Made by a program: the position numbers and the translations under genes. This document shows positions 1 through 16,526 of a stretch of DNA of 64,000 nt, piece after piece. The notes beneath the pieces were generated by a model. That model made no database searches. It was given only the letters and a program-made list of their open reading frames with translations, and was not told the DNA's origin. Within the stretch, counting starts at the first letter, position 1, and each line of letters begins with the position of its first letter. Source of the DNA: Chrysomallon squamiferum (taxonomy: Eukaryota > Animalia > Mollusca); NCBI GenBank assembly GCA_012295275.1, contig CM022678.1, forward strand, positions 6,882,001 through 6,946,000, in the 5' to 3' direction.

Positions 1-739
1 TACGTACGTATGTATTTGAGTATATATATGTGTGTAAAGCGTGTTTGTGCGTGCGTTTACACACACGAAATGATTGAATCAATGTATTGCAAAAATTATT
101 ACATTTTTGCAGTGTTATTTATACTAATGTAGTAACATATTTTACATAATCACTGTTATAAAATTAAACAACAAAAAATAAAATTTTTAAAATTTGAATT
201 AATATTAATTGTCTCTTTCAGATAGAGTGAATAAATAGATGATTAAAATTTTTTTAATAATTTAAGTGACATCTGCGATATTACCGAATAAAATCGTTAC
301 AGAAAAACATACCGTGTGAAGACACCTTTAGTAAAAAAAAAAAAAATCATTACCGACAAACAAATCGTCTGAAAAGGTCTTTAGCAAATGACGTCAAAAT
401 CTATGACCCCCTGTGGTTATCGCCCGTCACGTTTTGATTACGTTACATAATCAGACAGCAGAAATGATATCATTACTCGTCACCGGAGGGTTTAAATTCT
501 AAATTGGATTTTGTACGAAAAATGAATGGAAATAATAAATAATAATAAAAAAAAAATGTCACTGATATTTCAAATGCGCCACAAGAGGTTAATTAGATTC
601 TCAACCAGGGTGCAATCATTAGCCTGCAACGTGCGACAGAAATTATTATTACAGATAAACAAATTAATGTTTTATATAAATAAATATATATATATATATA
701 TATTTCAGGATGTTTTTGTATGTACAGGATGCTTGAAGG

Positions 740-786
<47 letters not shown>

Positions 787-962
787 TAAGAAGTAAATGA
801 TTAATGGAAATATAAAGATTTAATAGTGATGTGTGTCCAACCAAAATTGTTGAGACTGGGGCGAAAGAAAGAAAATCTGCAGGCAAATACATTGATTTAA
901 TCATTTTGTGTGTGTGTAAATGCACGCACACGCACACATACGCACACATATATGTAAAACAA

Positions 963-993
<31 letters not shown>

Positions 994-1700
994 AATTTAA
1001 AGAAATATTATATGAAATTAACTTAGTTAGAAATCGAAATAAGTAGAAAAACTGTTATCAGATATTTCTGATAAAAAAAAAAAAAAAAAAAGAGAAAGTG
1101 ATTTCTGGTTTTAACAGAAATCACTTTCTCTTTTTAAAGAACTTATTTTCTGAATGAACAAAATGCTTTTGCAAAATCGTAGTCACGCTAATTTGCATGA
1201 CTAAATCTAAACGAAAATTCGAGAAATCATAGCGAAAAAAAGATTTAAATCCCCCTACGAATTGAACACACCACAGCAATCGAAAAGCTAATGTAACAAG
1301 AAAAAGAAGAACAGGAAAAACGAACAAAGAGAACAACACGAAGAAAAATTAAATAAGAAAATATAAAAAGGTTTGGAAATGACAGGGGAAAAAAAAAAAA
1401 ATTAAAAATAGAGCTCGGAGAATATTTTGTCGTTTCGGTTGTAATTAAAATTAATACTATGGTAGTTCAAGTACGGCAGTATTAAAGTTAAGATGCTAAA
1501 AATAAAAATAATTGGAATAAAACGAAATGAAGTAGGTTGAAACAAGAAAAAAACAAAAAACGAAAGAAAGATAAAAATGACATATTGTAATCATTATCTT
1601 TTATGTTTCTAACGAAATAATAAAAAAAAAAATAATAATAATAAAATGATGGAAAGAAAGAAATAAGGAAGAAACCAAATCAGGCTGTATAAATAATAGA

Positions 1701-1734
<34 letters not shown>

Positions 1735-1804
1735 ACAGCAACGACAACAAAAACAACAGCAACGACAACAAAAACAACAACAATACTGATGATGATAAAC
1801 ATTT

Positions 1805-2640
<836 letters not shown>

Positions 2641-3318
2641 AAAACATACATAACACAAAAACACAGATTTATCTTCGCAATCTGACAACCTATGAAGTCC
2701 ACCAAATTTACAAGACACTGTTTACAGAGTTGTACGTTACTTTATTATTAATTTTTTTTTTTTGTGATCGTTACGGACGTACACGATTTTTACAGCGCGC
2801 TGTGTTTTCACGTTAATGCTACGTTACGCTGAATCAATGGTTATGTCATAATCTAACCAGAATCAATATTTCTCCAACAGAAAACCGGCGATAATGACCG
2901 AACCACATGTTGCACTACGGTCACGTTACGAGAAACTGGAAAAAAACGTAAGTCAGAAAAAAAAAAACCTGACAGTGGAAGATTCTCTTCATAACAGTAA
3001 TTATGTCAGATAGTGCTTGTGTATGTAGATAAAAGGTGATTATATATGGTTTAGTTGTTTGTTTTTGTTTTTGTTTTTTTAGGATGGTGGTTTGTAATAA
3101 TGATTTTAAGAGAGGAAGAGCTGTGGATGTAAATTTAAAATAATAAGATGAGTCTGTAATGAAATAAAAGCATTTTATGTAAAATAGGTGCCGCAGGATG
3201 TTTTTTTTTTTTTTTTTTGGTGCTGTGCAGTTAAGGGTCTTATTTGTACTGTATAATGTATGATTACGTAGAGTTATGAAAAGATACCGAGAAAGGAAAA
3301 AAGGCTGTATGTGTTTTG

Positions 3319-3322
<4 letters not shown>

Positions 3323-3363
<41 letters not shown>

Positions 3364-3421
3364 TGTGACAGACACAGAGAGAGATACAGACAGACAGACA
3401 GAGAGAGATAGAGAGATAGAC

Positions 3422-3486
<65 letters not shown>

Positions 3487-3580
3487 GAGACAGACAGACA
3501 GAGAGACAGACAGAGAGTGACAGACAGAGAGAGAGATAGACAGAAGAGAGAGAGACAGAAAGAGACAAAGAGAGAGAGAC

Positions 3581-3673
<93 letters not shown>

Positions 3674-3685
3674 CAGACAGACAGA
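3323..3685. repeat. Compound (GT)n/(GACA)n/(GA)n microsatellite
   Basis: Directly visible. Confidence 0.95.
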
Positions 3686-4080
3686 ACGGAATAGTTAGTT
3701 TTTGTTTACATTACTATTATTTACTACGACTACGACTACAACTACTGCTGCTATTACTACTACTACTTCTATTAACTACTACTAGACTTTTTCTCTATAG
3801 ATTGAATTTCTTTTTCACTTATACTCAAATCTAAAAACCCCACAGTGTTTTCCTCTTCATGTCCTCTTTTTTATTATTATTATTTATTCATTATCTTCAT
3901 TTTTTTTTTGTTTTAAATTAGTTTTTTTCTCATTAAAATTATGACGCTTCGCAAAATGCAATCCCTTCCTTCCTTCGTATAACCATAATTTACATTTCTA
4001 GTTCATTTCCTCACTGAGTTGATACAACCGTTCATTTACAGGTTTTTATCTCAGAGAGTGTGAAAACAGAAGATAAAACG

Positions 4081-4123
<43 letters not shown>

Positions 4124-5524
4124 CTTCACTGATTTATTTCTAAAGCCGCAATAATTTGAAGATGGATATTTACTTCGGCTATCTTTGTAATTTATCTGTT
4201 TATAATACTCGCATCCGGGAACTCTTAAATCATTATATATATTCTTCAGTTTGTCTGTAAACCTAATATATATCTTCTAAATTACGTTTAATCATAGACT
4301 GTCTGGTGTGACTTATATGTACCTTTAGGATATTATTATCGATTAATTATAAAATATCTGAGGCGGGATCAAGTTGGCTGTTGGCCAAGATTAAAGCTGT
4401 TAATTATTCTGTGACAATTAATATTAAATCGTGTCAGTTTTTACTATATAATTTACTCATTAGATTTTGTGTGATATCGACGGTATTTGGTGGGTTTTAT
4501 TTTTTTTATTTATTTTTATATTTTATTTATATTTTTCCACTCTGGTTCTGTTTGTATGACAGTTATTTCTATGACTGTTATTTTAGGTTCGCATTTTGCA
4601 GTATAAGTGTTTAACGTTCTCTTTCTCTTTCTTTCTATCTGCATTTTTTTTTAAATTCATTTTCTATCGTCTGCTTTGCTCAACTCATCTCTTTCATTTT
4701 TATGTCTATGTCTAATTATTTATTTCATTCTTCTTTTCTGCTTACTCCTTTCTTTCATTCTTCTTTTCTACTTAATTCTTTCTTTCATTCTTATTCTCTA
4801 CGTAATTTGTTTTCTCTCTCGACCATCTCTCTCTCCATCCACCCATCCATCCATCCATCCATCGAATCTGTGAATCTGTCTGTCTGTTTACCCGCTCCTT
4901 CCATCGAATCTGTGTATCTGTCTGTCTGTTTAACCTCTCTATCTCTCCTTTTCTTTACTCCATTCCCTGATGACCAAATATTTCTGACGAAAAAAAAAAA
5001 AAATTCATTACTATAAATTTCATCTTTGGTTTCTTTCGATTCTGCATGAAAATATCTTCTGAACACTGACACAGATTCCTAATCCATGTTTAACTTTCAA
5101 TCCGTGACCCCTTGACAAAGGTCAAGGTCGCAGATGATAATTATTATATATTCAGTTATCTATCTACTGGTTTATCTCAAGTATAGTAGTTATAAAATCT
5201 CCAAAACATCGCCAGAGAAGTACTTTAATGTTTGAATGGAAGTTAGTATCTATCATCATCACAGGGTTTTCAAGATAGCTAAAATCTACAGTTGGTTAAT
5301 TTGCCGAATAAAAACGAATCACTTGATATTTTAAATGTGTATTGGTATTAGTATGAATGACTGTGTACTTGTTTAAGAACAGACGTCAAAATTATACAAA
5401 ATGTTCTCTCTTATTTGTTTATATACAAATAGTCCAGACAACGTTTAAGATACGTCAGACAATATAATAATAATATTAATAGTAATAGTAATAATAATAA
5501 TAGCATAATAGTAGTAGTAGTAGC

Positions 5525-5616
<92 letters not shown>

Positions 5617-5696
5617 TAGTAGCAGCAGCAACAAAGGAACAAGTGAAAGAAATATTACAGATAAAGTTTAACAAATAAATTTTCAGAATACTAAAA

Positions 5697-5752
<56 letters not shown>

Positions 5753-5984
5753 GATAAATCAAATCGAAACGACACAATCTGATCTGATTACGTTTACGTA
5801 TGTTTCAAATATCAACAACAAATCTGAAATTAATAAACCGCAGGCTACGTTTCTTAATAAAATTAGTTTTTTTTTTTACTGTCACAAAACACAGTAAGCA
5901 AAACAAGTTGACTAAGTGCACGTTGTGTAGCAGAAACATCAACATAACTGTAGCCAGGGAGTAACTAGTGTTATTTCTACAGGT

Positions 5985-6015
<31 letters not shown>

Positions 6016-6038
6016 CGTACATACATACATACAGACAT

Positions 6039-6071
<33 letters not shown>

Positions 6072-6773
6072 TGCATACATACATACATACATACATACAT
6101 ACATACATCTATCTATACATACATACATACACCTATATTCATGCATACATCTATCATACATCTATCACATCTATCACATACATACATCTATCTATCTATA
6201 ATCTGTCTATCCATCTATCTCTCTCTCTGTCTGTCTGTAACTCTCTCTGTTATTTCTAGGGAAGTAAAGATAGGATAACACATACATACACATACAATAC
6301 ATACACATATTGCAGACACATACACACAAACAAATTAACAAAAAATATATACAAACATACATAAAAAAAAACATAAACCCATAAAAACTTAAAAGAAAAC
6401 ATACATAGATTACATAGATCTGTATAGCTTTTTTTTTTTGTAATTATTTCTCTATTTCTCTTATATATATATCTATCTTTCTCTACCTGCCTAACTAACT
6501 ACCACTTTTACCTTTCCTACCTTCCTACCTACCTACCATTCCTATAATATCTATCTATCTATCTGTCTATCTATCTATCTATATAGATACACACACACTC
6601 ACACACACATATACATACATTTACAGACACATACACACAAACAAATTTTGTTCTAACAACAAATTGTAAAATACAAACACAAAAAACCACACCCCAAAAC
6701 AAACAAAATAAAAAATAAAAAAATGGCAAACAAACAAACAAAAAAATATTGTTCTGAATTATTTTTAATCAGA

Positions 6774-6848
6774 ACCTGCGTAGCTCAGTTTTTTTTTTTT
6801 TTTTTTTTTTTCTCTCATGTATCAGACTTTTTTTAACTATGAGGGTCT
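6774..6848 (+). pseudogene. Decayed tRNA-Lys(UUU) relic
   Basis: acctgcgtagctcagt, then a T-run, then atcagactttttttaactatgagggtct. Preceded by the same ttttaatcaga leader as the copies at 12668, 13432 and 16993. T arm and 3' acceptor strand are missing. Confidence 0.75.
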
Positions 6849-7027
6849 TTTCTTTTCAGTTTTTAGTCCCTAAAATTTACTACCACTTACTTCATTTTTC
6901 TTTTTAAGATTTTTTCACATTTTGTTTGCCTAATTAAATTAATTCAATATAATCTTTTTTAATTAACAAGTTGGTTTTTCCCTGTTTAGATCTATTCAAT
7001 ATTTTGAATATTTTTATTTAAGTCTAC

Positions 7028-7106
<79 letters not shown>

Positions 7107-7113
7107 TTTCTCT

Positions 7114-7161
<48 letters not shown>

Positions 7162-7286
7162 TCTAATCTCAATCTCTTTTTAATTTCAGTCACCTTGTCT
7201 ATCTGTTTCTCTCTGCGTCTGTCTGCTTTCTAAATCTAATACAAAATCTATCTATCCACCCATCTCTCTATCTATCTATCTGTCTG

Positions 7287-7375
<89 letters not shown>

Positions 7376-8052
7376 ACATATATATATATAAAATTAAAAA
7401 TAATCTGTATAACCCAAACGACAAACCTCAAAATTAATCTAAAATTCTAAGGTTCCAGTCTTCGCCTCAGATTTAGCTGCACGTTCCTAATCATTTCTTT
7501 TACATTTATTTTTAAAACAATTACTTCGCGACTTTCTCTTTTGTTTCTCATAATATATATATATATATTTTAAACCAGAGCATGTAGGCGGCACGAGATT
7601 CGTTAGAAGAAAACAGAAAAAGAAATTTCTTCATTAATCTCGGACAGAATAATTACAAAAATTGCTACAGCTTCTTTGAAATGGAAGTAACGACCAGTTT
7701 GCTTCTGTTTATAGCAACCGATCTTGTTGTTCAGCGTTCGTGATGTCAGTGTCCTTCGTTTGAAACGTGCTTTTTTTTTTTTTACCACCACCCCCACTAT
7801 CTGAGGGTTAAAGTGCGTCTGTCGTGGGCATATGAGTCGTGTGACTGGGTTGTGTGCATTCAAAGTGGTGTGTTAGTATGTTAAAAGGTTAGTTAGTTAG
7901 CGAAAAATAATTCCAGGATGTTCTGTTTTTTTTGTTTAGTGAGGTTTGTGTCAAAGGGGTTAGTGGGAAGCGATCTTGGTTCCTGTGAATGTTAAAGGGT
8001 AAGTTTTAACCAAGTTTTGTAGTTTTACATGTAGGTTGGCTAGAATTAAAGT

Positions 8053-8109
<57 letters not shown>

Positions 8110-8307
8110 TGGAAACAAAACAAGTATAATAATAATAAAAATTATATGTATTGTGTTTGTCTTATGTGTGTGTGTGTGTGTGTGTGTGTGAGATTAATGC
8201 GTGACTTTTGATTTAAGTATTAGCAACTGCAGAACATTATAGCTTGAATGATAACCTGGAAAATAATCTGGAAATTAAACAATAACTTTACGAAATAAAA
8301 TAATAAT

Positions 8308-8371
<64 letters not shown>

Positions 8372-8472
8372 CCAGTAGAAATGTAATAGTAACCGAACAC
8401 ATCTTAATTTTGAATAATACGATTTCGTTTCACTAACATCCGTTCTAATTAATGGTAATTTACAATTATTAC

Positions 8473-8514
<42 letters not shown>

Positions 8515-9334
8515 TTTTATTTCTTTATTATTATTATTATTATTATAATTACAATTATTATTATTATTGTTATTATTATTATAATTATTATTATTATCAT
8601 TATTATTATTATTATTATCATTATTATTATTATTATTATTATTATTACTTTTATTTCTTTATTATTGTTATTATTTTTTATATATATTTATTTGTTTTAT
8701 TATTTTTAATTTAATTTAATTTTATTTTTTTTTTTAAGTGACATGCTAAACATATTTTTTCAATTGCACGGTTACTAAGTAGGTGCTAAATGCATTTTTT
8801 TTCATTTTTTCTGATATTGACTTGAAACTTGAGTCATATTGATGTAGTGCACGTAGCAGATGTTGTAGTGCACGTAGCAGATGTAGTGTACGTAACATAT
8901 GTCGTTGTGTCAAATGTTGTGAAACATAGAAAAAATAAATTGCTTGGTCTATTCTGGCCAGATAAAGTAGATTTTGTCTGATTAATTCTATTCACTCAAC
9001 TGACTCAGATAAATTGGTTTTTCATTCTGTGATATAATGTATTATTATATAAAGATGAAAAGATAATAATGACTGTGATGACGATGTTATGATGATGATG
9101 ATGATAATGATGATGATGATGATTCTAATAATGACAACAAAAACCATCCCCAATCAGCAACTGTATGATGATGATAATGATGAAAAAGAAAAATGAGAGA
9201 GATAGACAGGAAAGAAAAGAAGACAAAAATAGAGAGAATCAGAGAGACAGAGCGAAAAAGAGATAAACAGAGAAAAAAGCTAAAGAGGCATACTGAGAAG
9301 TACAGAAAGATACAGCTTGTGGCAAAATGAGATG

Positions 9335-9990
<656 letters not shown>

Positions 9991-10696
9991 AAACTAGGTT
10001 TCAGAGACAGTTGATTAATACTGACACTTTGAAGGTTTCACTGAATTATTCGTCTGCCATCATCAGTTATTGTAATTAACTAATTATAACAATTCTTATT
10101 TATGTAAAACTACTTAAAAACTGAAGTCAGATACAAGGAGCATAAAAAGAACGTGGTGAAATATTTCTTTTTAAAAAGATAAATAATTATATAGTTGAGT
10201 TTAGTTTTTTTCTGCGCTTTAATGAAAATAATAGCACTGAATAATATTGTTTTTTCTGTATTAATGACAAATAAAAATGTTGTTTATACGTATCAAGGAT
10301 AAATAATAATTTTGTTTTCTATGTATCAATGCTTTGCAGTACAAATAGAAAATGACAAAGAAAAAAATAACAGATTATTTTTCTTTCAAAAGATAAACAT
10401 ATTTTTCCCCCTTCGGTTTGTTTAGTTATCAGAATAGATGAGAGAAAACTAAGCAGGTCATCAGACTTTTCAAAGATAAATATTTTGTTTTGCTGTCAAT
10501 ATTATCTTGTTACGCTGTTGAAATATTTATTTTCTGTTCAGTTTTTGAAAAAAAAAAGATAAAAAGCAAAAATAGATTATTGACGTGAAAAAGTCAGAAG
10601 ATATTTTAAAAAGAGATACAGAAAATGGAGTCAGATATTTTTTGAAATAATTTTTAACACAAATATAACACGTACATACCATTAAAAAGAAGAAGA

Positions 10697-10727
<31 letters not shown>

Positions 10728-11181
10728 TAAAAATAAAGAAATAAAAATAAAAATAAAATAAAATAAAAAAAAAAAAAATAAAATAAAAATAAATTAAAAT
10801 ATAGTAAAATTAAATTGAATTAAATTAAATTAAATTGAAATTAAAAAATAAACTGAATTAAATTGAATTAAAATAAAATAACAACAGCAGGAACAACAAC
10901 AACAGTAAAATTAAATTAAATTAAAATAAATTAATTAAAATCAAAAATCAATTCAAATGAATGAATAAATAAATAAAATCAAATTCAAATGAATGAATAA
11001 ATAAATAAATAATAATAGAAACAGCAGCAGCAGCAGTTGTCGTAGTAGTATATACGTATATGATGTGTTTTTCGTAGTATATATATATCCGTTTATTGTA
11101 CAACGTATGCCAGTTTTTTATTTACGCCAGTGAAATATAACGTTTTTAATAGCAGATTTGAATAGTAAATCAGAAATAAGC

Positions 11182-11275
<94 letters not shown>

Positions 11276-12667
11276 CCATCGACTTAATAATCATACTTGA
11301 TAGGTTTCGGTTAATAACATGTCTGACATCATTAATTAACTGATAAATTAATTAAGTGAAAAATTAGTTAAGTGTAAGATTTCTTAACTTGATGGTCATG
11401 AACTCACGAATTTCAAAAATAATAAGAGTGAAACTGGTGTGAAGAAAATAAAGATTTCTATAAGAATTAAAATTGCATTATTTATTTATAGTTTCCTCTT
11501 TTCTTTTGTTATAATAATGAAAATTACAAAGAAAGATCGAAGTAAACTTTACGTTTTGGAAGATCAATGGATTGTTGTTTTTTTTCAGTGTTTGCATGTT
11601 TTCAATTTTATGAAAAGAGAGAGAAAAAAAAAAAGTACAATCCCAGAAAGAAGAAAGAGAATTTTAAAATATGTCGTTAACCTAGAACTGACGACAGACT
11701 TCAAAATAACATTTTACTTCAAACTAGCAAGTGAAAGAACTAAACAAAGAAGCAAACAAAACAACAACAATTATTGGTGATGACGTCATAATGACGTACA
11801 TATTACGTCATAGTTTGCTATACGTCCATAGAAGCTATGGATTCGCGTATTATCGTATTTCGTTAAAGGCACTGTCGTAATTGAAAAGTTTTTAAAGGTT
11901 TCTCTGAATTATTTATCTGACGTCGTTAATTATGATGACGAATTAATTAAAACCGTGTAAGACTTCTGAACTTGTTAAACAATGAATGAATTGTGTTCCA
12001 GAGAAAACAAGAAAGAAAATAAAATCTTTTTATTTTGAACAGAAATTCATTACTGGCAGTTTCTTTCTCATTTTGATAATTAAAAAGTACTGTTTAAAAA
12101 ACGAAAATAAAATTTAAATTAGAGAAAAGATGAAAAAAGAAGAAAAAATAAAAAAAGAAGAAAAAAGAAGAAAGAAAACACTATATAAAAAAGGCATGTT
12201 GGTTCAAAGACGCTGCTTCTAAAACTACATAATTATTATTATTATTATTATTATTATTGTTGTTGTTGTTGTTGATTTTGTTGTTGTTATTATTATTGTT
12301 ATCAATCATCATCGTCATCATTTGTATTTCATTATTATTACTGTTGTTGTTGTTATTATTATTATTATTTGGAATCAATAGTTCATAACAACAGCCTCAT
12401 GCGAAATAAACAGTATTCCTGATGTTCGTCAACATGTTTGATTTAAGAATTAATTTCGATGTTTTAACACTAATAACAACACTATGCTTTTATGTACTTT
12501 TGCAAAGAAGCCAACAGATACGATAGACTAAAGGAAACGATTTGTTTTTTCGTTGACAACAGCAATATTATTATATTCAGTTTTCCTATTCTTCTTACAT
12601 AACATTACATGTTAGAGTATGAGTGTTTTTTACGTTCGTAAAATATGAATAGTTGCTTTTAATCAGA

Positions 12668-12740
12668 TCCTGCGTAGCTCAGTCGGTAGAGCATCAGACT
12701 TTTAATCTGAGGGTCTAGGGTTCGAGTCCCTACGTGGGCT
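12668..12740 (+). tRNA. tRNA-Lys-TTT: tRNA-Lys(UUU), variant with T at position 1
   Basis: 73 nt cloverleaf; A box TAGCTCAGTCGG, anticodon arm TCAGA-CTTTTAA-TCTGA, B box GGTTCGAGTCC. Position 1 is T, so the 1:72 pair is mismatched. Confidence 0.85.
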
Positions 12741-13431
12741 TTGTATACTACTTTTTAATTTGTTAAGTTTTTATTTTTCTTCTTCTTCTTCATATTCTTC
12801 TTCTAATTACTATTATTAGTAATATTAATTAGATTTATTTATTTATTTATTTATTTATTTTAAACACTGTCCATATTTGTTATTTCATAGAAAAATCGAG
12901 TCTAACCCTTCAGTTTTAAAATAACAACAGCATCAGCAACAACAACAACAACAAAAAGAGATTGAAATATCAGTGTAATAGTCTTACAAACAGATTGGGA
13001 CGATGCCATTAATATTTTAGCGATATATCAAGAAAAGATGTAAATTAATTTTCAACTGTACATCATAAAGATATTATTTAAAAAAAATATAAATAATAAT
13101 AACAAAACCCTCCCCCCACCCGAAAAAAAAAAAAAGAAAGAAAATGAACCCAGTATTTCATAACAGCTTGATGCGAAAGAAAGCATAAAATATTTCTGGT
13201 CTTCGTTAGGATTATCTATGTATTTTTTTATGTTTTAACTTCCTTAAATAGTATTATTTTTATGTAGTTTTACAAAGAAGCCAAGAGAAATGTTTGCAGA
13301 AAGAAAACAGTTTTTCTTTCACTTTAACAATATATTTCTATTCATTGTTCTTCTTCTTTATAAAACATTACTGTTTATAATTACAACGTAAGTTATACGT
13401 TCTTAACATCTGATCAGACGTTTTAATCAGA

Positions 13432-13504
13432 GCCTGCGTAGCTCAGTCGGTAGAGCATCAGACTTTTAATCTGAGGGTCTAGGGTTCGAGTCCCTACGTG
13501 GGCT
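13432..13504 (+). tRNA. tRNA-Lys-TTT: tRNA-Lys(UUU)
   Basis: GCCTGCGTAGCTCAGTCGGTAGAGCATCAGACTTTTAATCTGAGGGTCTAGGGTTCGAGTCCCTACGTGGGCT; full cloverleaf with a T-run downstream. Confidence 0.95.
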
Positions 13505-13970
13505 TTGTTCATTTATTTATGTATTATTATTATTTTTTTACTGTCATATGTTTGTTGTTATTTTTGTTGTTTTTTTTCTTCTTTATATTCTACTTCTTCT
13601 AATTATTATTGTTGTTGTTGTTGTTAACAACTGAACAAAATAATACTCACTACGTAACAAAAAGATTAAAAGTGAAACTCCTGAAATAAAACCAAAAACA
13701 ATAAAATAACCTGAATCGCGATACTACTCGGTCATAATTTAATATTTAGCCCCCAACAGATTCATATATGAAAAGAATTTTTTTTTATATACGAAAAGAA
13801 ATTTTATTAATTCGTGGACTTTAGTTTGCCTGATTACAAAACAAAGTGATTTGAACAGCTAAAACAACAAAAACAACACTGTTATATTTTTATGAGAGCA
13901 AAAGACCTTAAATAAATATTTACTGAAGAAAAGACACAATGATGACGTCAGCTTAATTTATTATGCAAGA

Positions 13971-14043
13971 GCCCGCGTAGCTCAGTCGGTAGAGCATCAG
14001 ACTTTTAATCTGAGGGTCTAGGGTTCGAGTCCCTACGTGGGCT
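13971..14043 (+). tRNA. tRNA-Lys-TTT: tRNA-Lys(UUU), C4 isodecoder
   Basis: Same as the other copies but begins GCCCGCG, giving a Watson-Crick C4:G69 pair. Confidence 0.95.
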
Positions 14044-15301
14044 TCACATATCTATATTTAGTTTTTCTCTTTCATGAGCTTTTTATATATATATGAAATT
14101 TTATGTGTTTTGGGAAATATGTAAAGATGAAAGAAAAAAAAACAAAAAACAAAACAACAAAAATACAATCAACGATAACAGCTGCACCAGTTTACAGCAG
14201 GAAAACAATGAAGTAACAGCAACAGCAGCAACAATAATAATATAACAGTCATGTTAATGATGATGATGATGGTTATGATAACAATAATCACTCGTGAAGA
14301 TGAAAAAAACTACAAACAACAACACCAACAACAAAATAACAACAAAATATCAAAAGCAACAACTGCAACAACTTTAAAAAAGACAAAAAAAAAAAAAAAA
14401 AAAAAAAAAAATGAATGAATGAATGAATAAACCGAGAAACAAAAATATTATCACCAGTATGATAATTTTATGATAATATATTTTAAATACACACGCACAT
14501 CTTTGCCCAAAATTAATAGACGAACCTAAGATCAACGATTACAGTTAATACTAACATATGTTACAACATTTATCTACCTTTCTTTTTTCCGCAAATTTAA
14601 CGCGAAAAGTTGATTTACTCTAACACACAACGACTTTACCGTTAAAGTGCTCAAACAGCGCATGCGCCATGTTAGGTACTGCCAAACGACCATTTGTTTT
14701 CGTAACCTCCTCGTCCGAAGTTAAAATAATATTTTCTAAAATAATATCCACGGGTTTGACAGCTATGACATAAACTGCAGAATTATGAGTTGCTGAAACG
14801 TACGTGTTGTTTTTGATGTACATGTGTTGAGTTTGTTGTTTCTGTTTTATTTTTAGAAATGGATTGTAACCGACTGAAACCTACCTGTGGATGAAATCAT
14901 ACAGTTATTAGGTAGAGGTAAGTTTAACATTTTTTTTTTTTTTGTCATCTTTGAAGTCGTCGTTGTCGTCGTTAGTAACGTCATCATATAGCAATAATAA
15001 TAGTAGTAGTAGTAGCTGTAGTAGTAGTAGAAGCAGCTGCAGTAGTAGTAGTAGTAGGAGCAGTGGTAGTAGGAAATGAATTAGTAGTTGTTAAACGTCT
15101 AATATTTATGGTGAAAAGTATGAATGGAAATAGTAGTGTTTATTTATAAATACAGCAGTATTATTAATAGTCTTAATAACAGTAGTTGTAGTAGTAGTAG
15201 TAGTAGTAGTTGTTGTCGTTATTGTAGTTATATTAGTAGAAATAACAGTAGTATTATGTGTGTACGTATTTTTTACAAATACAGACACACAGTACATTGT
15301 T

Positions 15302-15347
<46 letters not shown>

Positions 15348-15451
15348 TTTACAAACTCATTTGATTGCGTCTAATGAAAGAGAACCAAAAAAAATAACAA
15401 GACAAAGAAAATAATATATATATATATATTTATTTATCTTCTTTGTTTTGT

Positions 15452-15487
<36 letters not shown>

Positions 15488-15558
15488 GAAAGAAAGTATA
15501 AAACGTATGCCATTAATAAAACAAAATGTACATTTAATAAAAATGTGTCAAAATTAAC

Positions 15559-15631
15559 AGCCCACGTAGGGACTCGAACCCTAGACCCTCAGATTAAAAG
15601 TCTGATGCTCTACCGACTGAGCTACGCAGGC
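15559..15631 (-). tRNA. tRNA-Lys-TTT: tRNA-Lys(UUU)
   Basis: Exact reverse complement of the 13432 copy. Confidence 0.95.
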
Positions 15632-15961
15632 CCTGATAAAAATGTCTGATCAGATGTTACGAACGTATAACGTACAATGTAATTGTAGCCTGTAATGTTT
15701 GACAAAGAAGACTATATTCCATTTTAGACATCAGTATTTTGTTAACAAAATATATAAAATAAAATAAAAAATAATAATAATAATAAAAAAAAAATAATAA
15801 TAATAAAGAAAAAGAAAGAAATAATTGAATATAATACATTGTTATTGTCAACTGAAAACTTTTTTCTTTCGTTTTGTTTTGTTTCTAAAAGGACAACAGT
15901 TATAGTATTTTTATCAGTATTAAAATTGTAGAAAATAAAATAATAATAATAATAATAATAA

Positions 15962-16021
<60 letters not shown>

Positions 16022-16485
16022 TCTTAGATCAATCATGTTGACTAAGATAACAAAAATTTTATGTTGTTTTTTCTTTTGTTGTTGTTCTTGTTGGGTTTCT
16101 TTTTTGTTGTTACTTCCCTCATCAAACTGATATTATCAAATATTGGTTTCTGTGGGTAAACAGGAAAGGTGGGCGGGGGTTAGAAAGAAACAAGGAAGTT
16201 GCTATGTATTTATCTTCAACAATTGTATATTTTTCTCCAATACCTTATTTTTTTTTTTTTTTCTTCTCTTTGTTAAGATGAAACACAAATATAAAATTTT
16301 CTCGGTGACATTATTGCTTTTATTATTATTATTTTTTATTTTTTTATTCTTTGTGTAATATTGGGACAAAATAAATATTGAAATGATTATAGAAAATAAT
16401 TTATTTGCTTATCATAATTAAACGCGTAATTTATCATTTTTTTTAAAAATTGTTTGTTTATAAAATAGTCAAAAGTTGGGAGACT

Positions 16486-16526
<41 letters not shown>

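Noticed and set aside
5105-5130. AGGTCA-like nuclear receptor half-sites
   Set aside because: Isolated short motif with no nearby gene or other support.
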